A stretch of DNA of 15,152 nucleotides from Chlamydiia bacterium (GTDB lineage Bacteria; Chlamydiota; Chlamydiia; Chlamydiales; JBMOFD01). Where the stretch lies: contig JBMOFD010000044.1 of NCBI GenBank assembly GCA_049314435.1, positions 1 to 15,152 on the forward strand, in the 5' to 3' direction. This document shows positions 6,267-14,960 of the stretch, in pieces. A program made the position numbers and the translations under genes. The notes under the pieces are model-generated. The model was not told the DNA's origin, did not search any database, and saw nothing but the letters and a program-made list of their open reading frames with translations. Each line of letters begins with the position of its first letter. Within the stretch, counting starts at the first letter, position 1.

Positions 6267-9200
6267 TCACTGTGGCCGCTCTGTAATGACGTGCAAACGT
6301 GCCGGGCGACGATCCGGGGGAGAGTACTGAATCCATAGTTTGGCCCAATACGGATGTTCCATCAACCATTGAGTATCTGAGACATCAGGAGCCTCCATGG
6401 AGGGCATAGAGGCTCCAAAGAGTACCCGTACCGGGCGCAGCTCGCGGAGGGTCTTCTGTAAATGAGCCTGCCATTGGGGATCTTTAAGGTTGGGTTCTGG
6501 TCCCCAGGGGCCTGTGAGCGGGGTCCCAGACAGGGATGTGACGCTCAGAATGTGCTGTTCAGCCTTCCTTGCCCATTCTTCAGGCTCCGTGGCTTTTAGC
6601 TCCGCCACCTCTTGGGGGTTGAGAAGAATGGCTTCCCATTGTCCAGGGGCCTTTTGGAGGTGGAGAAGCAGCGGTTCCATGCGTTCAGGAAAGTCTGCTG
6701 GGAGGGTGATGCCCCATGGCTGGAGGGCGAACGGGCTATGAAGGAAGCCACTAGGAAGTAGCTTCGTATCCGGTGGGCCATTCGCGCTGGTGAAGTCCAC
6801 TTCAAAGTCTTCAATGCCGGTCCCCTCTGCGGTGGCAGGGATCGCCTCAAGCGAGGTACCTTCGATGAGTCCTTGTTTGAGGCTCACACCGATCTTTAGC
6901 TGGGCAGCTTGAAATTTCTGTTGGAAGGCATCCCCAGTCTTAGCGGTCTGCTTTTCGAGGTCGACTTCGATCTGTCGTTCCGTGCCGGCTTCGATCTGCT
7001 TCACCACAGCAAGGGAGGGCAGAGGTTTTGCCATTTCAGAGGGCTGAACCCACTGCGCCTTGATCCGATCCTGAAGACGATGGACTTCCTTTAAGAGATG
7101 CTCTCCCTTTTGATCTTGAGCGGCCCCTAGTCGAACGAGCAGCTCCTCAAGTTTTGCAGCTTTTCTCTCGAAGGACTTTTGGAGAGAAACTTCCTTGTCT
7201 GGGTGAAGAAGCTGATCCAAGGTGGGAACGCGAAAGCCGCGTGTCAGAGACTGCTGCAGCTCGTTGAGAGAGGAGCTCTCTTCTTGCGATGCTGCAGTCG
7301 CAGAGGTCATGGCCCAGATCGCGCCAGCCTGCGCCAGGTTGGTGAGCTCCTGCTCTAGAAGCTGAGGGAGCTGAGAGTGAATCTCCTGTTGCTCCTGCTC
7401 GAAGCATACCTGCGCCAAGGCCTCCATGTCGGAAAAGAGCGAAGGATCGCGGGCTCTATACGTTGCTATCTGAGCGGCTAGGGTTGGGCTCACTACGATC
7501 GTCAACGATTGGGTTTTCTCTCCGCGTTCATCGGGGACTAAACCCCGCATCCGAGCGGCAGCCTGTTTGAGTTTGCGCAGAGGGATGGGTGCGACCAAGT
7601 AGAGAATGCCGGTCTCTCCGTTGCGGGGCTTCAGGTCTGTGCCGCGACACTGAGCCTGTTGGTAGACGACCACCTTCTCCTGCTGAGCCAGAGATTCACT
7701 GGAGGGAGGGTCTGACGTTGTCCGAGAGGGCAAGACGAGCCTCAGTTGAGGGGCCGACTTCGCTGTTCCGGCAGACCAGGTCAGCGCTAAGGGGCGTCGA
7801 CCATCCGAAAGGGGGTGCAGCTTGGCTAAATCATAGGCCATCTGCACGGCCCCTTCATGATCAAGTAGGCCGTTAGGATCGATCACGATATGGGGGCAAT
7901 ACTGTCGTACCGTCTGATCGAGCCCTTCTTTGTCTCCGGCTCCCTGAGGAGCCGTCGCGAGCTGAACATCATGGAGAATGCCAAGGTCGGCTTGGGCATC
8001 CTCCAATCGCTCGTGGATCTCCGTGTCGGATAGCATCACAGTCGGTGTCTTGGCGACCGTGGGAGCTGTCCCGGAGGAGGCCACAGAAGTTCGAGCACGA
8101 AGCGGGGCCCCGGTCGCATTGAGGCTGATCATCTCGCCCGACGTCGTCGTCTCTGACTGCAAGATAAATTGGCTAAAGAAGGAACGGATCTGGCGTCCCT
8201 CTTCAGGATCGGCCAGCATCTGATGAAGCTTGCTGGCATTCTGCAGGTCCGCAGGGCTACACCCAATATTCTCAAGGCGCCGTCGCAGGAAGGGGTCGTC
8301 AAGGAGCGCCTTTACGACCTTGTCTGCGGCACGAATTGTGCGTTCTATCGTCCAGAAGGCTGGATTTTGAGTCTGGACTACGGTGAGAGCTGCAAGGAGA
8401 AATGGGTCAGAAAAGGACTGGTTGGACGGCCAGTGCGCATATTGATAGGGAACTGCCCCGAGACTCGTTTCGTCTTGCGGGCCAAAATCCTCGAGCCAAC
8501 TCAACTGAGCCGCTTCCGGTAGGGTCTTGGTCACGAGCAAGGCCATCGCGACCAGGGGTTTTGTATCGTTGCTGTCGATCGAGCGCCTTTCCTCCGGCGT
8601 AAGTCCTAAAGGCTCTCCCGATGAATCCAGAAGCCTAGTAACGATTTTTTCCTTGAATGATGGCGTCCAAGCGTCGGGCGCGGACGCCATCAACAGTTGA
8701 TGGCGTTGGACCTCGTCGAGAGGCGAGTTAAACGCCCTCCCCCGGTCCAATTGGAGCTCAATGAGCTGGTTAGCCGCAATGATGAGCTCGAGAGGGAGGG
8801 CTTTACCCGTATCCCTCTGCAGGTTGAAGCTCTCTTGGATGGAGAGGGCCTCGTCGGCTTCATCGAGTAAAATCGAAGCGTGCGCTAAACAGGCAAGGTC
8901 GTCATGGCTATCTTTGTCTTGGCGCAGGTTTGAGCTCAATGCCTCCAGCCAGGCGAAGTTCCAAGCGCTCTGTGTGAGAGTCAGGGGTAGGCCCTGGCTA
9001 GCACAGCGACGCGCCTCAGCAAGGACATCGGTCTTCGACGCAGCGGACCCCAAGAAGGGAAGCGGTCTTCCCATGAGCTCCCAACCCTGTCGTAGGCAAA
9101 GACGACGGAGATCTTCTTCCAGGTTATCGGGAACGACGAGAAAGACAGGCGCCGGCTGCGTAGGCGAGCGGCGTAGATTCTCCTCCGCCATCTCGAAAGC

Positions 9201-12200
9201 GCGAGCGGGGTTGAGCAGCGAGGTCTTTCCGCCTCCCATGGGCACTTCAGCCATGACGTGTGCCCTTTCGTCCGTGCCGAATAGGTGAAATGCCTCTAGC
9301 TGAGCTTCTCGAGCCAATAGGCCGCGGAACCACTCTTGCCTGATGAGCGACGGGGATACGCTGCGCGCCATCCTAGCGCTAGCGATGTTCGTGGCATCGA
9401 TTGCCTGCTTAGCCATGCGGTGGCCTTCATCCGAGGCTAGAGAGTCTGGCTCTTGCATGTGAGTCTTCCAGGCAACAACGGCTTGCCATGCCTTTCGCAC
9501 GGACCGTTCCATCAAGGTCACATCGATCAACTCGGTGATGGCTTCATGCACGTCAAGCAGCTCTTTCGATGAAACAGTCGGTATAAGCTCCCGCCAGGGG
9601 GCCAAAGAGGCCGCTTGATCCGCACGGAACCACGTTTGGAGAAGTGTGGCGGTCAGTAGTTCGGACACTCCCGCACGTAGAAAGGAAGCCTCAGCAGCGG
9701 GAAGACGTTGCAGGGTATCTCGGAGCTTCTTCTCCTCTCGCTCATGAAGCCGTGCCACCTCCTTGGTCATCTCTAGGACCTTTTCCTCGACTTCGTGGAG
9801 AGAGGCGCGTATCTCCAAGGTTTTAGGAGCTGGAGCGGATGTGCGAGTCGACGGCATGAGGGGGCTGATCTCAGGACTTGCACGAGATTTTCGGAACGCT
9901 GTGCGATCCCCTGGAATCTGCTGGATCACAGGTTGGCGGCCTGTTGCCTTCTTCCAGTCGGCATTCAGTTGCTTCAAGAGCATTTCTGCAGGTTCCTTCA
10001 GGAATTTTCCGCCATCCGCTAGACACCGTAAAGTGGCCATCAGTTCCGTTTCGGTCTGAGGGGGAAGGGCGGGATTTGTGGCGCCAAGATAGGCCATCAG
10101 CCGCTGGGCCAACAGAGGCATATAGGCCACCAGACCCTCGAGAGCCTCGGCGATGGCGCGAGGTGAGGTCTCTGGCTCAGGCAGAATATCCCCGGATGGA
10201 AGCACTCTCAACATCAGCGCCTGCAAAGTTTGGCCAGGATGGCCACTCTGTTCCTTTTTCATCCCAGGAAAGGCAACGAGCAACCCCATGTCGCCCTGTT
10301 TACCTGCAAGTGGCAAAGCTAGGCATTTGGGAGGATCCTCGGTCCCGCTTGGAAGATCCGCAAGCCATGTGGGGAGTCGATCCCTGCGATCGGGTGCTAC
10401 GCGCCAGCCGCTGTCAAGCTCCAGCCACTCCTCGTGAGAGGGTCCGCGAACGGTGCCACGAATCGGGGCTCCATCCAAAAAAAGGTCGCGTAGGACCGCT
10501 CGCCGGGGCATCTGATTTGCTTCTGCGGCCTCCGCAAACCTATTCCCAATGGCGGCCAGCCCCTCCCATTTCCATGTGGTATTGAGAGGAATGCACTCGC
10601 CGTCTGGGAAGGAGACAGTCGTCTCTTCAGGCGTTTGGGTCAGCTCCGCTGTCTCTTCAAGGGATCCAAAAGCGAAGTAGCCGACTCTCATTGCTTGCTG
10701 ATCGCTATCCCACCCGAGGATGCTGGGATATCTCCCAAAGATGCCAGGCAGCTTCGACAGTTCTTTCTTGGTCGCGTGCTGCGCTCGCTCATCTTCCAGT
10801 AATGATCCCACCTCTCCTTCGCCGAGGAAGGCTCCTCCGGTAGGGAAGAGCTCGGCATTCGGCTCATCCGGTTGCCCTGACCACTGCGGAAAGGACAGCG
10901 TCCCTGTTAAAGAGGAGGGACCGCCATGATTCATAAATATGATGGCCTTCCTTGGACGGCCGTGGATCGATGAGTCCCACTCGATCTGGATGCTCTCGCC
11001 TGCGGCGGTCATCCGACCTCGAGGTCGGATCTGAGGCTGTGTTGCTAGAAAGTAGTTTCCAGACGTCGGGTCGAACTCCCGGATCCAGTCTCTGGGCACA
11101 GTGCATCCTGCAAGCGCGCTCGCGGCGCGCGAGCTCGATACCCTACCTGCGGGCAAACCGCTTCCTAGATGCAGAGTCAGATTCTCCGAGACCTTCAGAC
11201 GATCTGGGTCTTCGATGCCCGCACCTCTTCTTAACTCAGCCCATCGCTGCCATGGTCGAGCCCCTTCACTAGAGCGGGGCTCGGAGGCTCCCTCGATTTT
11301 GTAGATGACATTCCCCATCAGGGTTTGCCAGCGAAGTCGATCGGCAGGGATCGGTTTCTTGCCGTATTCGGCCTCAAGGAGCTTGAGTCTGATCTCTAAA
11401 AGTGGATCTAGCAAAGCCACTCTAGAACGACTCCAGGTCGGATCTTCAGCTTTCAAGGGCCGTTCAAGAAGAGTCTCCAAGAGCGAACCCATTTGTTCCA
11501 GGATGGGGAGATGCGACTCGGGCACCGGAAAGGGCAGGCCGGCTAACATGGCGGTGCAGAGAGCATTCAGGTCCTCGGCAGATGGCACAGCGTTGGGATT
11601 CGCCTGGGCCGCCTTGATCCATCGTGCCCACGTCGGAGCGCCACCCAGGGCGATCAAATCTCCCTGCACATGAGGCGGGGCTCCGGCTCCCAAAGGGGGT
11701 CTCCATCGACTGACCAAGCCACAAACCTCAAATGGAAGACCCTGTTCGACAGCAGCGGTCAAGAGCTCGGAGAGCCCCGGCGTTTCCATGGCCAAGGAGG
11801 AAGTCGACAGAGCTCTTAAGTCGTATGGGGAAGGCGGTTCGTCCCGTTGCTCTGCACGAAGATGCCCATTCACCGTCGCCTTAAGCTGCTGGGACCTCGT
11901 GTCGAGATCCCAGCTTTGCGTACGATACGTGAAGGGTGAGCTTCCGAGCTTATAGGATGCTTGATGCAGGAACTCGACGGCATCAAAGAGGCTGTAAGTC
12001 AGCTTGGCTAGCCGAGCGATCGTCTTCAGCTGCCGCTTGGCTGTGATGCCAGTGAAGGGTGTCCAGCCTCTCAATCCCAGGTCGAGACCACGTCGCAAGG
12101 CCTCTAACATTGTGCGGGTTTGGTCATGAGCCAGCTGTAGTACAGGGTCCCTTCTTCTAAGCTCCTCTTTATGAGACAGGTTTTCCGGTTCTTCAAATTG

Positions 12201-14960
12201 CAAAGGTTCACTCACATCGGCCGGGAGATGCTGATGTAGGCCGACGAACTTGATCCAGTGGAGCAGCCCGTTATGAAAATCGATCGCAATGCTTCGGAGG
12301 CGTCTACGAACTTCTAGTGGTGTCGGGTTTTGATCCCACTGTGAGAGTGCTTCACCTACCTCGGGCAGCAGCGTGAAGGCCGCATCGGTCTGTTCCCATC
12401 GAGCGTCGTTGAATCCTGGTCGTGGTGCAAGCTGATAGAACATCTTGAGGGCAGATAGCCACTGCTGGACGATTTCAAGAGTGCTTTCTTCCAGCATGGC
12501 GTCTTGGCTGTACCATGTTTCCTCTGATGTTAGAACGGCTTCTCTTATCGACAAGAGGTCCAACCCTCTTATGAGAATCATCTGCTCCCAATTCTCAGGT
12601 GCGCTGCGAAATCCGGTGGTTCTGGCGAAGTGTTCAAAATCCCAGTAATCCCCATATTTAGCGCTAGCCACCGAAGGCAACTTTGCTCTGACATGGTCAC
12701 TCAGAGCGGGAAATCCTATGAGGGCCGCTTTGAGCTCTGCGATTTTTTCCTGTAGGGTGACTGTCTGGCCCGGGGCGCCCTGTCCCTTCCTATTTTTTGC
12801 GGAAGAAGACTCCGAAGGGTCCTTCAGAAAGGCGTTTGGATTGAGACCCACAAGCCTAAGAGGCTGGACATGAGGCTCGGTGTCCCTATGTTGGGCACGA
12901 ACAGTTCGCTGTGCGATCATCACGGGCCAAACACGTAGGACCTTTTCTAGCCCATCAATTCCTTGTTGAGAAAGGGCCTTTGCCTGCCGGTAGGTCGCAT
13001 GCGTAGACCCCAAAAACCGGCGTATCTTCAGATCTTCTGGGGAAGCCCCGTGAGGCGGCTGGATGAGAAGATCCGCAGCAATCGCATCCAGAAGTGCCAT
13101 GACAAGGCGTGAGTGTGGCGCTGAACTTCCCCCTAGGACGTTTTGTAGCCATACGCGCACCGATTTGGCCTTACACGATCCACTTCTCTGTGGTTCGCAG
13201 GCGGGTGCCCCCGACAAGGGTTCCCGAAGGTGAAAGTCACAAGCGGCTTGCATTAAGGAGGCAACCGGCACAGGCCGGCCTTGTTGTTTCTCGTATTTCC
13301 TAAGCTGCTCCCACCATTGTCTTGTCGTGGGCGAGTGTGCGTGAAGGCTCAAGGCTGAGAGCGCGGCATCGAGGGCGCTGTCTTGAGACGACGATTCCCC
13401 GATGTTCTCGCACCGAACTGCAGCCTTCTCAGCCCACATCAGGAGTACCAAAGCACGCCCTAGGTCTTCTTTGTTGAACCGGTAGACCATCGCGGGGAAG
13501 ACGAGCCCACTTTGGGTTGCGTCATGAACAGTTCCCCATCCCGCATTGTAGAGGGTCAGTTCATAGCTTAGATCTGGGGACTGCCTAACCTGTGCAAGAA
13601 TCCGATGGTTGATGCGAAAATCGGTTTGTATCGTAAGGGGTATGATCATGGACCCATCGATTCTATCGAGAGCCTCGGGGCTCAGGATCCCTCTCGCGTC
13701 GATATCCTGATCAACGCTGAGCGCAGAGAACTTCAAGGGCGAAGATGCGATATCATTAGGCTTGAACAAAGGCGTTTTCAGATTGTTCCAGGCGATGCTA
13801 CCCCGTTGATATGCACTTCTTGCTTCTTCGAGATCGTGTCTAACTTGCTGCGCTTCCGCAGGTGTTAGGAATTGCTTGTTCTCCAAAAATGACGTACACG
13901 CAAGAGCGATGGGCCAAAGGCCAGCAGGGTTCTCCAGGCTGCCATTTTTGGGGCGTTGCACCTGTAGAGTTTCGCCTCCAAAGCGATCGGAGTACCACAC
14001 CGCTGCAAAGGAGAGTAGTCCCTCCGCGGCAGCCTCACCTGATTTGGTCCTGAAATTTTGAAAATCCCGAAAGATCTCCTCATGCAAGCCGCTCAATTTC
14101 CCCATCAGAGCTGATTCAGAGATCTCTTGAGGTCGTGGGAAATCCTGTAGAGCTCTCTGCATCTCGCGATAGGCCGCGGTTGAAACGTCTTCCGCCGCTA
14201 ACCCAATCCCCGAGCTCTGGCCACTCGTGACAATAGTGGGCCCCTCGCCGGCTCCTGGACTTCCTGCACTCACGGCGCTATCCAGCTGAGCCAGCTCACT
14301 GCCTGAGATGTCGATGGTACATAGCGGGCCCAGCTGGCGGAGGACATCAGGCCATTCAGCTAGGCCGGTATTCCCACGGAGGTCCAGCAGCCGCAAATGG
14401 CTAAGTGTGCCCAATGAGGGGGGTAGTGATCGGAGCTCGGGGCAGCCGGAGAGATCGAGACTTGCAAGCGACGGGAGTAGATCAAAGCAGTCTGGCAGGC
14501 GGTCGATGCGCCTCTCTACTGAGAGTTTGAGGCCGCCCGAGCGAGGGTCCGTAAGCTGTTCTCTCCAGTCACTGGATAGAAGTTGTCTCTCCTCGTCTTC
14601 ACCCGCCCAGACTTGCACCCTCTCAAGAAAGCGCTTTCGCTCTTGAATGATCCTTACGATGAGGAGGGCTTCCGCAGGTGCCAGACTCTCTAACGCCTCT
14701 GGTCCTCCGGTGCCGCTCAAAGGCGCCCCTCCATGTAGGGGTATGATATTCCGGACCCTTCTCGCGAGCGTTGAAATCTGCTTCCCTAGCCATCCCTCGG
14801 AGGTGCGCCTTTCAAGATCTGTTCTCAACCCCTCTAAGGCTTCTGTCGCAAGACCATCGACGTAGAACCAAGCCTTCTGATGCTGCAGCTTTCTGAGCGG
14901 TTCGGCATCACTAACTCGTCGCGCTCCAGGATCGTCGGGCCTTCGGACTCCACCAAACAC
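6267..14960 (-). CDS. Giant multidomain protein: LRR + putative cysteine protease/deubiquitinase + DUF3638/DUF3645 SF2 helicase-like ATPase (putative secreted host effector)
   Basis: The frame is uninterrupted for 8.9 kb. LRRs lie at about 14281-14530. Protease-like motifs are H514, N534 and QRSGSC (C658). ATPase motifs are MGGGKT, LLDEAD, AVPY..SFSDP, SGT, RGTDL and QAAARMR. The start is uncertain: GTG 14960 with GGAGG 7 nt upstream is favoured (2897 aa), ATG 15146 gives 2959 aa, and the frame stays open to the window edge. Confidence 0.85.
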   Translation of the reverse strand: MFGGVRRPDDPGARRVSDAEPLRKLQHQKAWFYVDGLATEALEGLRTDLERRTSEGWLGKQISTLARRVRNIIPLHGGAPLSGTGGPEALESLAPAEALLIVRIIQERKRFLERVQVWAGEDEERQLLSSDWREQLTDPRSGGLKLSVERRIDRLPDCFDLLPSLASLDLSGCPELRSLPPSLGTLSHLRLLDLRGNTGLAEWPDVLRQLGPLCTIDISGSELAQLDSAVSAGSPGAGEGPTIVTSGQSSGIGLAAEDVSTAAYREMQRALQDFPRPQEISESALMGKLSGLHEEIFRDFQNFRTKSGEAAAEGLLSFAAVWYSDRFGGETLQVQRPKNGSLENPAGLWPIALACTSFLENKQFLTPAEAQQVRHDLEEARSAYQRGSIAWNNLKTPLFKPNDIASSPLKFSALSVDQDIDARGILSPEALDRIDGSMIIPLTIQTDFRINHRILAQVRQSPDLSYELTLYNAGWGTVHDATQSGLVFPAMVYRFNKEDLGRALVLLMWAEKAAVRCENIGESSSQDSALDAALSALSLHAHSPTTRQWWEQLRKYEKQQGRPVPVASLMQAACDFHLREPLSGAPACEPQRSGSCKAKSVRVWLQNVLGGSSAPHSRLVMALLDAIAADLLIQPPHGASPEDLKIRRFLGSTHATYRQAKALSQQGIDGLEKVLRVWPVMIAQRTVRAQHRDTEPHVQPLRLVGLNPNAFLKDPSESSSAKNRKGQGAPGQTVTLQEKIAELKAALIGFPALSDHVRAKLPSVASAKYGDYWDFEHFARTTGFRSAPENWEQMILIRGLDLLSIREAVLTSEETWYSQDAMLEESTLEIVQQWLSALKMFYQLAPRPGFNDARWEQTDAAFTLLPEVGEALSQWDQNPTPLEVRRRLRSIAIDFHNGLLHWIKFVGLHQHLPADVSEPLQFEEPENLSHKEELRRRDPVLQLAHDQTRTMLEALRRGLDLGLRGWTPFTGITAKRQLKTIARLAKLTYSLFDAVEFLHQASYKLGSSPFTYRTQSWDLDTRSQQLKATVNGHLRAEQRDEPPSPYDLRALSTSSLAMETPGLSELLTAAVEQGLPFEVCGLVSRWRPPLGAGAPPHVQGDLIALGGAPTWARWIKAAQANPNAVPSAEDLNALCTAMLAGLPFPVPESHLPILEQMGSLLETLLERPLKAEDPTWSRSRVALLDPLLEIRLKLLEAEYGKKPIPADRLRWQTLMGNVIYKIEGASEPRSSEGARPWQRWAELRRGAGIEDPDRLKVSENLTLHLGSGLPAGRVSSSRAASALAGCTVPRDWIREFDPTSGNYFLATQPQIRPRGRMTAAGESIQIEWDSSIHGRPRKAIIFMNHGGPSSLTGTLSFPQWSGQPDEPNAELFPTGGAFLGEGEVGSLLEDERAQHATKKELSKLPGIFGRYPSILGWDSDQQAMRVGYFAFGSLEETAELTQTPEETTVSFPDGECIPLNTTWKWEGLAAIGNRFAEAAEANQMPRRAVLRDLFLDGAPIRGTVRGPSHEEWLELDSGWRVAPDRRDRLPTWLADLPSGTEDPPKCLALPLAGKQGDMGLLVAFPGMKKEQSGHPGQTLQALMLRVLPSGDILPEPETSPRAIAEALEGLVAYMPLLAQRLMAYLGATNPALPPQTETELMATLRCLADGGKFLKEPAEMLLKQLNADWKKATGRQPVIQQIPGDRTAFRKSRASPEISPLMPSTRTSAPAPKTLEIRASLHEVEEKVLEMTKEVARLHEREEKKLRDTLQRLPAAEASFLRAGVSELLTATLLQTWFRADQAASLAPWRELIPTVSSKELLDVHEAITELIDVTLMERSVRKAWQAVVAWKTHMQEPDSLASDEGHRMAKQAIDATNIASARMARSVSPSLIRQEWFRGLLAREAQLEAFHLFGTDERAHVMAEVPMGGGKTSLLNPARAFEMAEENLRRSPTQPAPVFLVVPDNLEEDLRRLCLRQGWELMGRPLPFLGSAASKTDVLAEARRCASQGLPLTLTQSAWNFAWLEALSSNLRQDKDSHDDLACLAHASILLDEADEALSIQESFNLQRDTGKALPLELIIAANQLIELQLDRGRAFNSPLDEVQRHQLLMASAPDAWTPSFKEKIVTRLLDSSGEPLGLTPEERRSIDSNDTKPLVAMALLVTKTLPEAAQLSWLEDFGPQDETSLGAVPYQYAHWPSNQSFSDPFLLAALTVVQTQNPAFWTIERTIRAADKVVKALLDDPFLRRRLENIGCSPADLQNASKLHQMLADPEEGRQIRSFFSQFILQSETTTSGEMISLNATGAPLRARTSVASSGTAPTVAKTPTVMLSDTEIHERLEDAQADLGILHDVQLATAPQGAGDKEGLDQTVRQYCPHIVIDPNGLLDHEGAVQMAYDLAKLHPLSDGRRPLALTWSAGTAKSAPQLRLVLPSRTTSDPPSSESLAQQEKVVVYQQAQCRGTDLKPRNGETGILYLVAPIPLRKLKQAAARMRGLVPDERGEKTQSLTIVVSPTLAAQIATYRARDPSLFSDMEALAQVCFEQEQQEIHSQLPQLLEQELTNLAQAGAIWAMTSATAASQEESSSLNELQQSLTRGFRVPTLDQLLHPDKEVSLQKSFERKAAKLEELLVRLGAAQDQKGEHLLKEVHRLQDRIKAQWVQPSEMAKPLPSLAVVKQIEAGTERQIEVDLEKQTAKTGDAFQQKFQAAQLKIGVSLKQGLIEGTSLEAIPATAEGTGIEDFEVDFTSANGPPDTKLLPSGFLHSPFALQPWGITLPADFPERMEPLLLHLQKAPGQWEAILLNPQEVAELKATEPEEWARKAEQHILSVTSLSGTPLTGPWGPEPNLKDPQWQAHLQKTLRELRPVRVLFGASMPSMEAPDVSDTQWLMEHPYWAKLWIQYSPPDRRPARLHVITERPQ

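Noticed and set aside
6490..14865. Small ORFs overlapping the giant gene (e.g. 8761-9288, 9878-10585)
   Set aside because: They are Ser/Arg/Pro-rich shadow translations without motifs, lying inside a continuous motif-bearing frame.
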